A stretch of 64,000 nucleotides of DNA from Verrucomicrobiales bacterium. GTDB taxonomy: Bacteria; Verrucomicrobiota; Verrucomicrobiia; Verrucomicrobiales; V1-33. Positions 1 through 14,394 of the stretch are shown here, piece by piece; within the stretch, counting starts at the first letter, position 1; the number at the start of each line of letters is the position of its first letter. The stretch covers positions 19,093 to 83,092 of the forward strand of contig CANHIJ010000003.1 in the NCBI GenBank assembly GCA_947460575.1. The letters are read 5' to 3'. The notes under the pieces were generated by a model. That model was not told where the DNA came from, ran no database searches, and was given only the letters and a program-made list of their open reading frames with translations. The translations under genes were made by a program, and so were the position numbers.

Positions 1-176
1 GCGAGGACCTCCTGGCCAGCTTGCTGGGCGTGATCAACGCCCCTGGTTCTTCCATCGCCCGCGCCATTCGCGCCAAGGCGGAAAAGGACGGCGGTCCTCT
101 CCCTGCGGAAGACGAAGCCCCCGCTGCGGAGGCCTCCGCCGCGGAGGAAGCCCCTGCCGCCGCTCCCGAAGCGTAA
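1..176 (+). CDS. rplJ: 50S ribosomal protein L10, 3' end (partial)
   Basis: Frame from position 3 reads EDLLASLLGVINAPGSSIARAIRAKAEK...PEA, stop TAA 174-176; L10 C-terminal helix; directly upstream of rplL. Confidence 0.85.
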   Translation, partial: EDLLASLLGVINAPGSSIARAIRAKAEKDGGPLPAEDEAPAAEASAAEEAPAAAPEA

Positions 177-314
177 CCCCTCTTGCACCCGCTCTGCGGG
201 GGCAGTCCCAAACCCACTGAAACACCAACGATAAACCCAGTTCCTTGCCGGATGGACGGCTGTCCATCTCAATCCCTCCGGGGCTCCGGAGTTCGGCGAT
301 ACTGACCCAAGCAT

Positions 315-683
315 ATGGCCAACCTAGAACAAATCATCACTGACCTCAGCGCCCTCACCATCCTGGAGGCTTCCGAACTCGTCAAAGCCCTCGAAGAGAA
401 GTGGGGCGTCAGCGCTGCTGCCCCTTCCGGTGGCGGTGGCCCAGTCGTCGCCGCGGTGGTCGAAGAGAAGACTGAATTCGACGTCGTCCTCGTTGAAGGC
501 GGCCCGAACAAGATTGCCGTCATTAAGGAAGTCCGCGGCGCGGTCGCCGGCCTCGGCTTGGCCGAAGCCAAGGCCCTCGTCGAAGGCGCCCCCAAGGTGC
601 TCAAGAGCGGCATCCCCAAGGCCGAAGCCGAAGAGATCAAGAAGAAGATCGAATCTGCTGGCGCCAAGGTCGAAATCAAGTAA
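315..683 (+). CDS. rplL: 50S ribosomal protein L7/L12
   Basis: [48 protein letters not shown] motifs. Confidence 0.98.
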   Translation: MANLEQIITDLSALTILEASELVKALEEKWGVSAAAPSGGGGPVVAAVVEEKTEFDVVLVEGGPNKIAVIKEVRGAVAGLGLAEAKALVEGAPKVLKSGIPKAEAEEIKKKIESAGAKVEIK

Positions 684-697
684 TTGCCCCGTTTTTT

Positions 698-730
698 CTG
701 GCGCCCCTGGTCTCAGGGGCGCCGGATTCT
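698..730 (+). terminator. Hairpin after rplL (terminator/attenuator-like)
   Basis: CTGGCGCCCCTG-gtct-CAGGGGCGCCGG stem; weak U tract. Confidence 0.5.
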
Positions 731-1006
731 CCCGCCCTGCCGACCGGATATCCAGGATCTTTTTCGCTTCGCCCCGTATTTTTCGCCCTTCCTCCGGTAG
801 CTCGGCCGCCCCCTCTTTTCCAGACCCAGACCAAATTTGAATCGCCGCCCGTTTCAAGTCCAGTTTTCATAGCCGCGCAAGTATGGCGTTCCCCCCCTCA
901 GTAAGTAGGGATGGAACCTCATACTTCTTCGCGTTTTCCCCTTTTTGTCCCCCGCGCACGCCCCCGCGCGCTTCTCCCCACGCTCAACCCATATTCCATC
1001 GCCACT

Positions 1007-4843
<3,837 letters not shown>

Positions 4844-4927
4844 TTCTTCGCGGGGGGCCGCCCGTTGCCGGTCGGCCTTCCGCTTTCTCCTTCATTTTTC
4901 CATTTCCACTTCCCACTTCCATTTCCT

Positions 4928-7900
4928 ATGAGCGTTGAAACCCAACTGCGCGAACTGTTCGGCGGCGATGCCCGCCCCCAAGGCTTCGACCACGTGGCCA
5001 TCACGGTGGCTTCCTCTCCCACGATCCAAAGCTGGAGCCGGGGCGAGGTCAAGAACCCGGAAACCATCAACTACCGGACCTTCAAACCTGAAAAGGGCGG
5101 CCTCTTCTGTGAGCGCATTTTTGGACCGACCCGCGACTGGGAATGTTCCTGTGGCAAGTACAAGCGCATCAAGCACAAGGGCGTAGTCTGCGACCGCTGC
5201 GGCGTCGAAGTCACCCTGTCCCGGGTGCGCCGCGAGCGCATGGGCCACATCGAATTGGCCGTCCCAGTCACTCACATCTGGTTTTACAAGTGCATGCCGA
5301 GCCGCTTAGGTTTGGCCCTCGACATGACCGCCCGCCAGCTCGAGCGCGTCATTTATTATGAGGACTACGTGGTCATCGACCCGAAAAACACCCCTCTGAC
5401 GAAGGCGCAGCTCCTCACCGAAGTCGAGTTCCGCGAAGCCGAAGAGCAATACGGCGAAGACGCCTTTGTGGCTTCCATGGGCGCCGAAGCGGTGGAAGAC
5501 CTCCTCGCCAGCATCAACCTCCCTGAGCAGATCGTCGAGCTCCAGGAGGCCATGACCAAAACCCGCTCCAAGCAGACCCGCAAAAAGCTCGCCAAGCGCC
5601 TCAAGCTGGCCCAGGGCTTCCACGGCAGCCACAGCCGCCCCGAGTGGATGGTGATGCGCGTGCTTCCCGTGATCCCGCCCGACCTGCGCCCGCTGGTGCC
5701 CCTCGAAGGCGGCCGCTTCGCCACGTCTGACCTCAACGACCTCTATCGCCGCGTCATCAACCGCAACAACCGCCTGCGCAACCTCCTGTTGCTCAAGACG
5801 CCCGACGTCATCATCCGCAATGAAAAGCGCATGCTCCAAGAGGCCGTCGACGCCCTCTTCGACAACGGCCGCCACGGCCGCGCCGTCACTGGCGCCGGCA
5901 ACCGTCCGCTCAAATCCCTCAGCGACATGCTCAAGGGCAAGGGCGGCCGCTTCCGGCAAAACCTTCTCGGCAAACGCGTCGACTACTCCGGCCGCTCCGT
6001 CATCGTCATCGGGCCTGAATTGAAGCTCAACCAGTGCGGTCTTCCCAAGAAGATGGCCTTGGTGCTCTTCGAACCCTTCATCATCCGCCGCCTGAAGGAA
6101 CTCGGCTACGTGCACACGGTGCGCTCCGCCAAGAAGATGATCGAGCGCCGCACCCCAGAGGTCTGGGACATCCTCGAGGAAGTCACCAAGGGCCACCCCG
6201 TCCTCCTCAACCGCGCCCCGACGCTCCACCGCCTCTCCATCCAGGCCTTCGAGCCCGTCCTCATCGAAGGCGAAGCCATTCGCGTTCACCCGCTCGTCTG
6301 TACCGCCTACAACGCGGACTTTGACGGTGACCAAATGGCGGTCCACGTGCCTCTCTCGGTGGAAGCCCAAATGGAGGCTCGCCTCCTCATGTTGGCGACC
6401 AATAACATCTTCTCGCCTTCCAGCGGCAAGCCGGTCACGACGCCTTCCCAGGACATTACCCTGGGCGCCTACTTCCTCACCCAGACTCGCAACCTTCCCC
6501 CCCAAAAGGGCGAGATCGAGCCCCGCAAGCCGCTCTTCGAGACCATCTCGGAAGTCGAAGCCGCCCTCTACGACGGCGCGGTCGAGATCCACCAGATGAT
6601 CCGTTTCAAAAACCCCGACCGCGGCAAGACCACCATTTTCGGGAATCCCACCGACACCGTGGTCGAAACTACGCCCGGCCGCGTCTGCTTCAATGAAATC
6701 TGGCCGCCCGCCATGGGCTTCGTCAATAAAAACGTCGGCAAGAAGCAGCTCTCCGACATCATCTGGCGCTGCTGGCAAACCGCGGGCCATCAGGAAACGG
6801 TGTACGCCCTCGACCGCCTCAAGGAGCTCGGCTTCAAGGCCGCGACCCAATCCGGCTGTTCCATCGGCATTACCGACATGGTCATCCCCGTGGAGAAAAA
6901 GGGCGAACTCGAAAAAGCCTACATCCGCCTCGAGGAACTCGACAAGCAATACAAGCGCGGCGTCATCACCGACCGCGAGCGCCACAACATGATCATCGAC
7001 TTGTGGACCCAAGCGGGCGACCACATCCAGCAAAGCCTCTTCCGCACCCTCGAGTTCAACGAAGGCAAGAAGAACGCCAACCCGCTGTTCATGATGGTCG
7101 ATTCCGGAGCGCGCGGCAACAAGCAGCAGATCAAACAGCTCGGCGGGATGCGCGGCCTCATGGCCAAGCCCTCCGGCGAAATTATCGAGCGCCCCATCAC
7201 CGCTAACTTCCGCGAAGGCCTCTCGGTGCTCGAGTACTTCATCTCCACCCACGGCGCCCGCAAGGGGCTCTCCGATACCGCCCTCAAGACCGCCGACTCC
7301 GGCTACATGACCCGCAAGTTGGTCGATGTGGCCCAAGACGTCATTGTCTTCGAGCACGACTGCGGCACCACCAATGGGATCACGGTCGGCTCCCTCTACG
7401 AAGGCGACGAAGAAGTGGTCGATCTCAAGACCCGCATCTACGGCCGCGCTTCCTGCGAAACCATCAAGGATCCGGTCACCAAGGCGAACATCATCAAGGC
7501 CAACAGTATCATCACCGAAAAGCAGGCCGACTCCCTGATGAAGATCGGCGTGGAGCAACTCAAGATCCGCTCGGTCCTCACTTGCGAAAGCAAGCGCGGC
7601 TGCTGCGTGCTCTGCTACGGCTTGCACCTCGGCACGGGCTTCGAAGTCAAGATCGGCGAGGCCGTCGGTATCGTCGCCGCCCAGTCGATCGGCGAACCCG
7701 GCACCCAGCTGACGATGCGTACCTTCCACGTCGGCGGCGTTGCCGGCACCAGCTTCAAGCAACCGATCGTCAAGGTCAAAAACTCCGGGACGGTCCGCTA
7801 CAACGACCTCCGCGCGGTCTTGAGCACTGATGGCAACCACATCGTCCTCACCAAAAACGGAACCGTTTCCGTCCACGACGAATCCGGCCTCGAACTGGAA

Positions 7901-9070
7901 GGCCACAAGTTGGTGGTCGGTTCGGTCATCTACAAGCCCGAGGGCGCCCTGATCAAGAAAGGCGAAACCCTCGTCACTTGGGAACCGCACTCCGTCCCCG
8001 TCATCACCGAACGGGAAGGCGTGGTCGATTTCCGCGACATGATCCAAGGCATCACCCTCGGCAAGGGCGGTGAAAAGGGCAGCGAAGGCGCCATCGTCCT
8101 CGAACACAAAGAGGACCTCCACCCCCAGATCGTCATCGTGGATAACAAGACCAAGGAAGTCCTCGCCAGCTACTCGATCCCCGCGGGCGCGTTCCTTTCC
8201 GTCAAGAAGGGCGACAAGGTCTCCGCCGGTACTACCCTCGCCAAGACCCCTCGCAAGGTCAGCAAGGCCAAGGACATCACCGGGGGTTTGCCCCGCGTCG
8301 CCGAGCTCTTCGAAGCCCGCAAACCCAAGGACCACGCCGAAATTGCCAAAATCGACGGCGTCGTCGCCATCGGCGGCATGGTTCGCGGCAAGCGCAAGGT
8401 CATCGTCCGCGATGAGGAAACCGGAGACGAAGAAGAACACCTCGTCCCCCGCGGCAAACACATCATCGCCTTCGAGGGCGACCGCGTGAAAAAGGGTGAC
8501 CAACTCACCGAAGGTCCCGTGGTTCCTCACGAAATCCTCGACATCCTCGGGCCCCACATGCTCCAGGAACACCTCGTCAACGAAGTCCAAGAAGTCTACC
8601 GCCTCCAGGGCGTGGAAATCAACGACAAGCACATCGAGATCATCATCCGCCAGATGCTTCGCAAGGTGAAAATCACCGATCCCGGCGACACCGAATTCCT
8701 CTGGGGCGACCAGGTGGAGCGCATCGCCTTCGAGGAAGCCAACGCCAAGATCCTGGAACAAGGCGGCAAGCCCTCCGAGGCCGAGCCCGTCCTTCTCGGG
8801 ATCACCAAGGCCTCCCTGGAGACCGATTCCTTCATCTCCGCGGCCTCCTTCCAAGACACCACGCGCGTCCTCACCGATGCCGCCACCTTGGGCAAGGCCG
8901 ACTGGCTGCGCGGCTTTAAGGAAAACGTCATCATGGGCCACCTCATCCCGGCCGGTACCGGCTTCCTCCGCAACCGCGACATGCGCGTCAAGGAAGCAGG
9001 TGAAACCACCACCACCGAAGGCCTCGACTCCATCGAGGACGAAGCCGATTCGTTCCTCGCCGGTCTCTAA
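4928..9070 (+). CDS. rpoC: DNA-directed RNA polymerase subunit beta'
   Basis: [12 protein letters not shown] catalytic motif, N-terminal Zn finger, [18 protein letters not shown]; start set at ATG 4928. Confidence 0.99.
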   Translation: MSVETQLRELFGGDARPQGFDHVAITVASSPTIQSWSRGEVKNPETINYRTFKPEKGGLFCERIFGPTRDWECSCGKYKRIKHKGVVCDRCGVEVTLSRVRRERMGHIELAVPVTHIWFYKCMPSRLGLALDMTARQLERVIYYEDYVVIDPKNTPLTKAQLLTEVEFREAEEQYGEDAFVASMGAEAVEDLLASINLPEQIVELQEAMTKTRSKQTRKKLAKRLKLAQGFHGSHSRPEWMVMRVLPVIPPDLRPLVPLEGGRFATSDLNDLYRRVINRNNRLRNLLLLKTPDVIIRNEKRMLQEAVDALFDNGRHGRAVTGAGNRPLKSLSDMLKGKGGRFRQNLLGKRVDYSGRSVIVIGPELKLNQCGLPKKMALVLFEPFIIRRLKELGYVHTVRSAKKMIERRTPEVWDILEEVTKGHPVLLNRAPTLHRLSIQAFEPVLIEGEAIRVHPLVCTAYNADFDGDQMAVHVPLSVEAQMEARLLMLATNNIFSPSSGKPVTTPSQDITLGAYFLTQTRNLPPQKGEIEPRKPLFETISEVEAALYDGAVEIHQMIRFKNPDRGKTTIFGNPTDTVVETTPGRVCFNEIWPPAMGFVNKNVGKKQLSDIIWRCWQTAGHQETVYALDRLKELGFKAATQSGCSIGITDMVIPVEKKGELEKAYIRLEELDKQYKRGVITDRERHNMIIDLWTQAGDHIQQSLFRTLEFNEGKKNANPLFMMVDSGARGNKQQIKQLGGMRGLMAKPSGEIIERPITANFREGLSVLEYFISTHGARKGLSDTALKTADSGYMTRKLVDVAQDVIVFEHDCGTTNGITVGSLYEGDEEVVDLKTRIYGRASCETIKDPVTKANIIKANSIITEKQADSLMKIGVEQLKIRSVLTCESKRGCCVLCYGLHLGTGFEVKIGEAVGIVAAQSIGEPGTQLTMRTFHVGGVAGTSFKQPIVKVKNSGTVRYNDLRAVLSTDGNHIVLTKNGTVSVHDESGLELEGHKLVVGSVIYKPEGALIKKGETLVTWEPHSVPVITEREGVVDFRDMIQGITLGKGGEKGSEGAIVLEHKEDLHPQIVIVDNKTKEVLASYSIPAGAFLSVKKGDKVSAGTTLAKTPRKVSKAKDITGGLPRVAELFEARKPKDHAEIAKIDGVVAIGGMVRGKRKVIVRDEETGDEEEHLVPRGKHIIAFEGDRVKKGDQLTEGPVVPHEILDILGPHMLQEHLVNEVQEVYRLQGVEINDKHIEIIIRQMLRKVKITDPGDTEFLWGDQVERIAFEEANAKILEQGGKPSEAEPVLLGITKASLETDSFISAASFQDTTRVLTDAATLGKADWLRGFKENVIMGHLIPAGTGFLRNRDMRVKEAGETTTTEGLDSIEDEADSFLAGL

Positions 9071-9107
9071 GCCAAACGCGCTCACCCTCCCCGCCCCGCG
9101 GGCCCTC

Positions 9108-9143
9108 AGCCGCAGCTCCCTTCCCCGGGGGCTGCGGCTTTTT
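9108..9143 (+). terminator. Rho-independent terminator of rpoBC
   Basis: AGCCGCAGCTCCC...GGGGGCTGCGGCT stem followed by TTTT, about 40 nt after the rpoC stop. Confidence 0.8.
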
Positions 9144-9201
9144 CCTTCAGACTCCCTCCCCGCCCGCGCCGGGATGTGCTTGCAGCCCCTGCAATGCCCC
9201 G

Positions 9202-10010
9202 GGGAACGCCGAGCCCCAGCTCGGCGCCGAAAACCATCGGAACCCCTGGGCGACGCCAATTATAAGTGACCCCCGACGACAATGAAAACAGCGCGCCAAG
9301 GGGGCGGCATCCCTCAGCCCAGGGCAAGGCCCTGGAATTACCACGCGCCAAAGGAATTCAAGCCCTGTAGGGGCGGCCAGCGCTAGCCCAGGGCAACGCC
9401 CTGGGTTTACCCAGTACAAAAAGAATGGAAGCCCTGAAGGGGCGCCCTAAAATCGGCTCCGGCCGCATCCCCCGGTCGCCGGACAGGAAAATAACGCGGT
9501 GCAAACCCGCGCCCAGTCGCGGGCGCCGCACCGCGGCGCGGGTTTGGTCCTCGTCCACCGGGCCGCGGCGCTCCTTCAGAGCGCACCGGTGCGCGGCCAA
9601 CCCAACCCAGGGCGTTGCCCTGGGCTGGTATGCAAAGCCCCGTTGGGGCTTGGGCCAGGCCGATGACCTGGTCGATGGCGGCATCAGGACGCCAAGGGGC
9701 TGGGTCATGGCGGCGCCACGAGCGATCCCGCCGTGTCCGCGAGTGACGCCCCGTCCCCGTCGGCCGCGCCGGTTCTTTGCGGGAAAATAGGCCGATGTGT
9801 CGGGAAAATGGCATGTGTCGTCTACCTATTATGTAGCCCCTTCAGGGCTTGGGGCGATTTTTGGGCGGATAGACCCAGGGCGTTGCCCTGGGCTGGCGTA
9901 GGCCGCGCCGTTGGCGCTCTCAAGGCTGCGCCGATGGCGCTGTGAAGCCGCGCCCCAACGGGGCCTCCCATCTCATCTCATCCCATCTCATCCGAGGGTG
10001 GCACCCTGGT
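9202..10010. repeat. Cluster of REP-like extragenic palindromes
   Basis: AGCCCAGGGCAA(C/G)GCCCTGG at 9316 and 9385, inverted copies CCCAGGGCGTTGCCCTGGGCT at 9606 and 9874, flanked by short hairpins (AGCCCTGAAGGGGCG, GCCCCAACGGGGC types); separate CGCCGAGC-ccca-GCTCGGCG at 9207-9226. Confidence 0.85.
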
Positions 10011-10155
10011 ATGGCCCGCGGGGCGCGATTTGAGCCAAGGGCAGGCGGCCTGTTCGCCTTTGGCCCCGGCGGGGCCCGCGGCGCGCGGCCCGGGGCGCCC
10101 GCGGTGGGCGGGCGGTTGGGCGCGGACACGCGGTGGCATTTCCGGCGGGGGGAGG

Positions 10156-13100
10156 CTAGCGCCAGAGGCCGCTGGCGGTGAATTGGGTCCAGGCCCAGCG
10201 GATCAGGCGGAGGAGGGTGAAGGCGAGCCAAAGGCACCAGGCGAGCATGAGGCCGCGGTAGACCCAGATGGAGACGGAAAAAACCGAGGTTGCAGGCAGG
10301 GCGGCGGGGCTGCGGTCTTGGTACCACTGGAGGGTATTGAGCCAGGATCCTTCGCCGAGGATGAACATGGTGGGTCGGCCAAGCAGGCCGGCATGGACCA
10401 TGAAGACCACCACGGCCGCGGCCAGGAGGGCTCCGATGGCGAGGGTGACTTGCTGGAGCTTGAACCAGCCGGGGGTCAGGCGGCCCCCGCTTTGCCCGCG
10501 CCACGCGAGCCAGAAAAGCCACAGCACCAGGAAGCCGCCGCCGATGAGCGGGATTTGAGTAAGGCCGGGGATGAGGAGGCTCCATTGGCGCCGGGTGAGC
10601 GGGGAGAGGGGGATGCTGGCGAGGATTTGGGCGAAGAGGACGGCGGCCAGGAGCACGGCCCAAAAGCGCACCGCGGGGCCGTTGAGCGGGCCGCGGGTCC
10701 AGAGGATCCAGCGGTTGTCGGGAAGTTGCATCGTCGTCGTGATATTAGCGCTCTCCACCGGCAGGACCACGGTGCCGGAGGTGGCTGCGGTGGCGAGGGG
10801 GAGGGCCTGGGACCAGGCCGCGGCGATGCGCTGTTTGCCAGGGCGGATCGGGATGATGAGGCGGCCGTCCTCGCGGCGCACCGGGGTCGCCTGGCCGCCG
10901 ATAGTTAGGGAAGTGATATCGGCGTCGCCGGGGAGGGCCACGGGGAAGTCGCGGCCGAGGCTGGCTTCGACGTCGAGGGTCAGGGTGGTGGAGCGCCGCT
11001 GGGAGGAGAGGGCGAGGGCTTGGGTGACGCGGCTGACGGTGGTGGTTTCGCCTGCAAGGGGTTCGGGGCGGGTGATGGCGAGGCTGACTTTTTCGCCGGG
11101 CCAGGGGTGCCAGGTGGGGATGAGGTCGGATTCCTGGGCGGCGAAGATGGGGCTGAGGCCCTCGAGGGCGACGTTCCAGAGGGGGGAGGTTTCCAGGTGC
11201 CAGCGCTCGATCCAGCGGTCGGTCGATTCGGCTGATAGGGTGATGGCGGGCTGGACGGGGAGTTCGCTTTCCCAGGTGAAGGAGGCCTCGGCAGCGCCGA
11301 GGCGGACGTCGACGCGGCCGTTGGCTTCGGTGAGGCCGCCGGTGAGGATGCGCTCGCTGGGGAGGAGGGGAAGGGAGAGGGAGAGGGCCTTGCCGGGGGC
11401 GGATAGGCGGGTGATTTTGGTGTGGACTTGCCAGACGAGGCCCAATTCGAGGTGGCGGTCGACGGCGACGACGGCGTTGAAATCGCGTCGGTCGTAGGCG
11501 GCTTCGGTTTGGCTGCGGGCCTGTTGGCGGGCGAAGAAGACCTGGGCTTCGGGGACGCCGCTGGGGTTGACCCCGGTGACGGTCCAGCCGGGGGCGGCGA
11601 TTTCGACCAAGCGGGGTTTGAGTTCGAAGGTCCACTGCCATTCGGTGGCGGAGGGGACAGCGCCGCGCACCGTGACGCGGTGGGAGCCTGGGGGCAGGGC
11701 GATCCAGAGGAAGCCGTCGCGGCGGGCCACGGCGGGGGCGGGTTGGCCGACGATTTCGACCGCTGCGGGGGACCAGGCGGGGAGGCGGCCGGGGAGGGGG
11801 ACGGCGGCAAAGGTGGCGGTGTGGATGACGGCCTCCATGGTGAGCTGTCTATCCGCTAGGGTGAGTTTGACCCAAGGGATTTCGGCGGCGCGGGGGAAGG
11901 CGTCGGAGGGTTTGAGGAGGAGGTCGCGGAGTTGGTCGAGGAGGGCGGGGGAGGGAAAGGCCGCGGGGCTGGGATCGGCGGAGGGTTGAGCCAAAGGATC
12001 GGCGGGGCTCTGGGCCGCGGGGCTCTGGGCGGAGGCGGGGCTGGAGAGGAGGGCGAAGAGGAGGGCGGCGGAGGCGGCGGCGAGGGCACCAGGGAGGGGA
12101 GGGGGGCCGGATGGGGGACGGCTTTCGCGGGGGGTGCGGCGCTTCCAGAGGATCCCGCAGAGGGCGGCGAAGAGGCTGAGGCGGACGGCGACGAGGGCGC
12201 GCTGGACCCAGGAGGGCAACAAGATGGGGTGGATGGTTTGGGAGGCGGAGACGGGGCCATTCCAGCCGAAGTAGATAGTGCGCCACTGCCATTCGGGGAG
12301 GGCGGGGCCGGTTTGGATTTGGGCTTTTTGGTCGTAGATGAGGTTGGATTTGAGGGGGGCTTTTTGGCTGCGCTCCTGGCTGGGGGTGGCTTCGCTCTGC
12401 TCCCCGCTGTAGCTGGAAGCTACAAATTTGGTGATAACTGGGCTAAACAGTGAGGGGGTGGCGCGGAGTTTTTCGACTTGGGGAAAGAGCATGCCGGTGA
12501 CCTGCTGGCTGATGAAGGGGAGGGCCACGGCGGCGAGGGCGAGGAGGCTGAGCCCTTGGGCGGCCGCGAGGATCTTGGCGGCGCGGCCGCCGAGGGGCAC
12601 GACTTTCACCAGGGCCAGCACCGCGACCAAGGCAAACCAGGTCCAGCGCGGGGCCCCGGGTTCTTGCCAGGAAAGGAGCAACAACAGCAGGGCGACGAGG
12701 CCGCCGCCCAGGCCGTAGAGGCGGTAAACGGATAGCGAGAAGACGAGCAGAAGAAAGACATCGAGCAGCGACCAGGCGGTGAGCCAGTCGCCCTCGGTCC
12801 ACTCGGGGCCAAAGAGGGCAAAGAGGCGCCAGCCGGGGGGAAGGTGGAGGGTGCCGCCGAGGGTTTCGGCTCCGCTGGTCCAGCCGGTGGCGGGGACGGC
12901 GCCCGTGAAGGGGGCGCGGCCGGTGGCTTCGAGTTGGATGTCGCGGGTGCGCACTTCCACGCCTGGTTCCTGGGTGAGGGGGTTGCGGGTGATGAGTTGG
13001 CCAACGCCGCCGATTTTGACGGCGCCGAGGGCGTGGCCGGGGGCGGCGTCGAGGCGCCAGGTGCGCTGGGCGGAGCCAGTGAGGCGGTCCCGGTAGGTGA

Positions 13101-14175
13101 CGCTGCGGCCGACTTCATCGAGCCAGAATTCGCGCTGGAATTTCAAGCCGGGCGGGCGCTCGTGGCCCATGCCGCGGAGTTTTTCTTCGATTTGGAAGGG
13201 GATTTTGGAATCCCAGAGGAAGATGGGGAGTTGGCGCCAGGCTTCGGGGAAGGTGGTTTGGGAGACGTCGATGGAGGAGATGCCGCGTAGTTCGATGACG
13301 CGCAGTTGGGGGGCGGCGCGAAGGGCGATCAGTTCGCTGTCGGCCTGGGGTTGGGCGCCGTCGGCGTAGCGAAATTGCGCGAGGGGCGCGGTGCGGAAGG
13401 CGGTGTATTTCAGGGTCCATTTGCCGGCGCGGACCTGGGCCTTGAGGCGACCGGCTTCGTCGACGGCGCAGGGGATGGGGGCGTCGAGGGAGCTAAGGAG
13501 CCAGCCTTCGGGGAGGAGGTTGCCGAGGGATTCCTCGCGGCTTTTTCCGGCCACGGAGAGTTCGATTTCGCTGTGAAGAAGCATGGGAATGCCGTCTTCG
13601 AGGACGCGGTAGACCTGGCGGGTGAGGAGGTCGCGGTCGGCGGCCTCGGCGCGAGTGCGCTTGAGCCAGAGGGTGCCGTCGGGCTCCCAGTCGGGGGCTT
13701 CCACGGGTTTTCCGTCGGTCGTGAGGGCGAGGAGGCCGATCTCGGGCGGGACCGGGAGGCGTTCCGGCATGGATTTCCAGGGGAAGGAGCCGGCGACGGT
13801 GTGCTTGCCGGGAGCGAGGCGAAGGGAAGGACGGGACTCGCGGGCGAGGACGGGGGCGGGCTGGCCGTCGAGGGTGACCTCTTGCGGCCAGGCTTCGGGG
13901 CCGCCGGGGAGGGGTAACCAGGCGGGATCGAAGGCTTCGACGCTCAGGGAAAAGGTGCCGCCGGAGGGGGTGGCTTGGAGTTGCAGGGTGGCGGGCCAGA
14001 GGCTAGGGCGCTGGGTGGGGTCGGAGTAGAGCGGGGGGCTGTGGGCCTGCGGGGCCTCGCGGAGGGCCCAAGCTTCCCAGCCGCGGAGGGCCTCGGGCAC
14101 GGGCGGAGGCGACTGGGCTTGCAGGGCGGCGCCGAGTTGACAGGCCGCGAGGAGGAGGGAAAGGCGGAGCATCAT
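10156..14175 (-). CDS. Large exported/multi-TM hypothetical protein (~1340 aa) with internal duplication
   Basis: Long ORF, signal peptide MMLRLSLLLAACQLGAALQA, two hydrophobic helix bundles. Confidence 0.85.
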   Translation of the reverse strand: MMLRLSLLLAACQLGAALQAQSPPPVPEALRGWEAWALREAPQAHSPPLYSDPTQRPSLWPATLQLQATPSGGTFSLSVEAFDPAWLPLPGGPEAWPQEVTLDGQPAPVLARESRPSLRLAPGKHTVAGSFPWKSMPERLPVPPEIGLLALTTDGKPVEAPDWEPDGTLWLKRTRAEAADRDLLTRQVYRVLEDGIPMLLHSEIELSVAGKSREESLGNLLPEGWLLSSLDAPIPCAVDEAGRLKAQVRAGKWTLKYTAFRTAPLAQFRYADGAQPQADSELIALRAAPQLRVIELRGISSIDVSQTTFPEAWRQLPIFLWDSKIPFQIEEKLRGMGHERPPGLKFQREFWLDEVGRSVTYRDRLTGSAQRTWRLDAAPGHALGAVKIGGVGQLITRNPLTQEPGVEVRTRDIQLEATGRAPFTGAVPATGWTSGAETLGGTLHLPPGWRLFALFGPEWTEGDWLTAWSLLDVFLLLVFSLSVYRLYGLGGGLVALLLLLLSWQEPGAPRWTWFALVAVLALVKVVPLGGRAAKILAAAQGLSLLALAAVALPFISQQVTGMLFPQVEKLRATPSLFSPVITKFVASSYSGEQSEATPSQERSQKAPLKSNLIYDQKAQIQTGPALPEWQWRTIYFGWNGPVSASQTIHPILLPSWVQRALVAVRLSLFAALCGILWKRRTPRESRPPSGPPPLPGALAAASAALLFALLSSPASAQSPAAQSPADPLAQPSADPSPAAFPSPALLDQLRDLLLKPSDAFPRAAEIPWVKLTLADRQLTMEAVIHTATFAAVPLPGRLPAWSPAAVEIVGQPAPAVARRDGFLWIALPPGSHRVTVRGAVPSATEWQWTFELKPRLVEIAAPGWTVTGVNPSGVPEAQVFFARQQARSQTEAAYDRRDFNAVVAVDRHLELGLVWQVHTKITRLSAPGKALSLSLPLLPSERILTGGLTEANGRVDVRLGAAEASFTWESELPVQPAITLSAESTDRWIERWHLETSPLWNVALEGLSPIFAAQESDLIPTWHPWPGEKVSLAITRPEPLAGETTTVSRVTQALALSSQRRSTTLTLDVEASLGRDFPVALPGDADITSLTIGGQATPVRREDGRLIIPIRPGKQRIAAAWSQALPLATAATSGTVVLPVESANITTTMQLPDNRWILWTRGPLNGPAVRFWAVLLAAVLFAQILASIPLSPLTRRQWSLLIPGLTQIPLIGGGFLVLWLFWLAWRGQSGGRLTPGWFKLQQVTLAIGALLAAAVVVFMVHAGLLGRPTMFILGEGSWLNTLQWYQDRSPAALPATSVFSVSIWVYRGLMLAWCLWLAFTLLRLIRWAWTQFTASGLWR

Positions 14176-14394
14176 GGAGCGGGATGGGTTGGGGAAAACT
14201 AAGGCCAAAAGGGCCGCGGCGCCGCTTTATTTTGCGGCGGCCGGGCGGGCCCGCGGCGGGGCCTCCGGGCGAGCCGCCGATGCCCTCTTGCTCTGACAAC
14301 GCGGCGTCTCTATGGGGGACCGCGCCGCGCCCCGTGACCGGGAAACCTTGAGAGGCGCGGGCCCGCGGCCGACGTAGTCTAGTTTTTTATCTCT

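Noticed and set aside
9293-9964. Possible CRISPR array
   Set aside because: Repeats occur in both orientations with irregular spacing and degenerate copies; no cas genes; fits REP elements
9106-10181. Short ORFs across the REP cluster (also 62976-63720)
   Set aside because: Translations of palindromic repeats; no transposase (HUH or DDE) motifs
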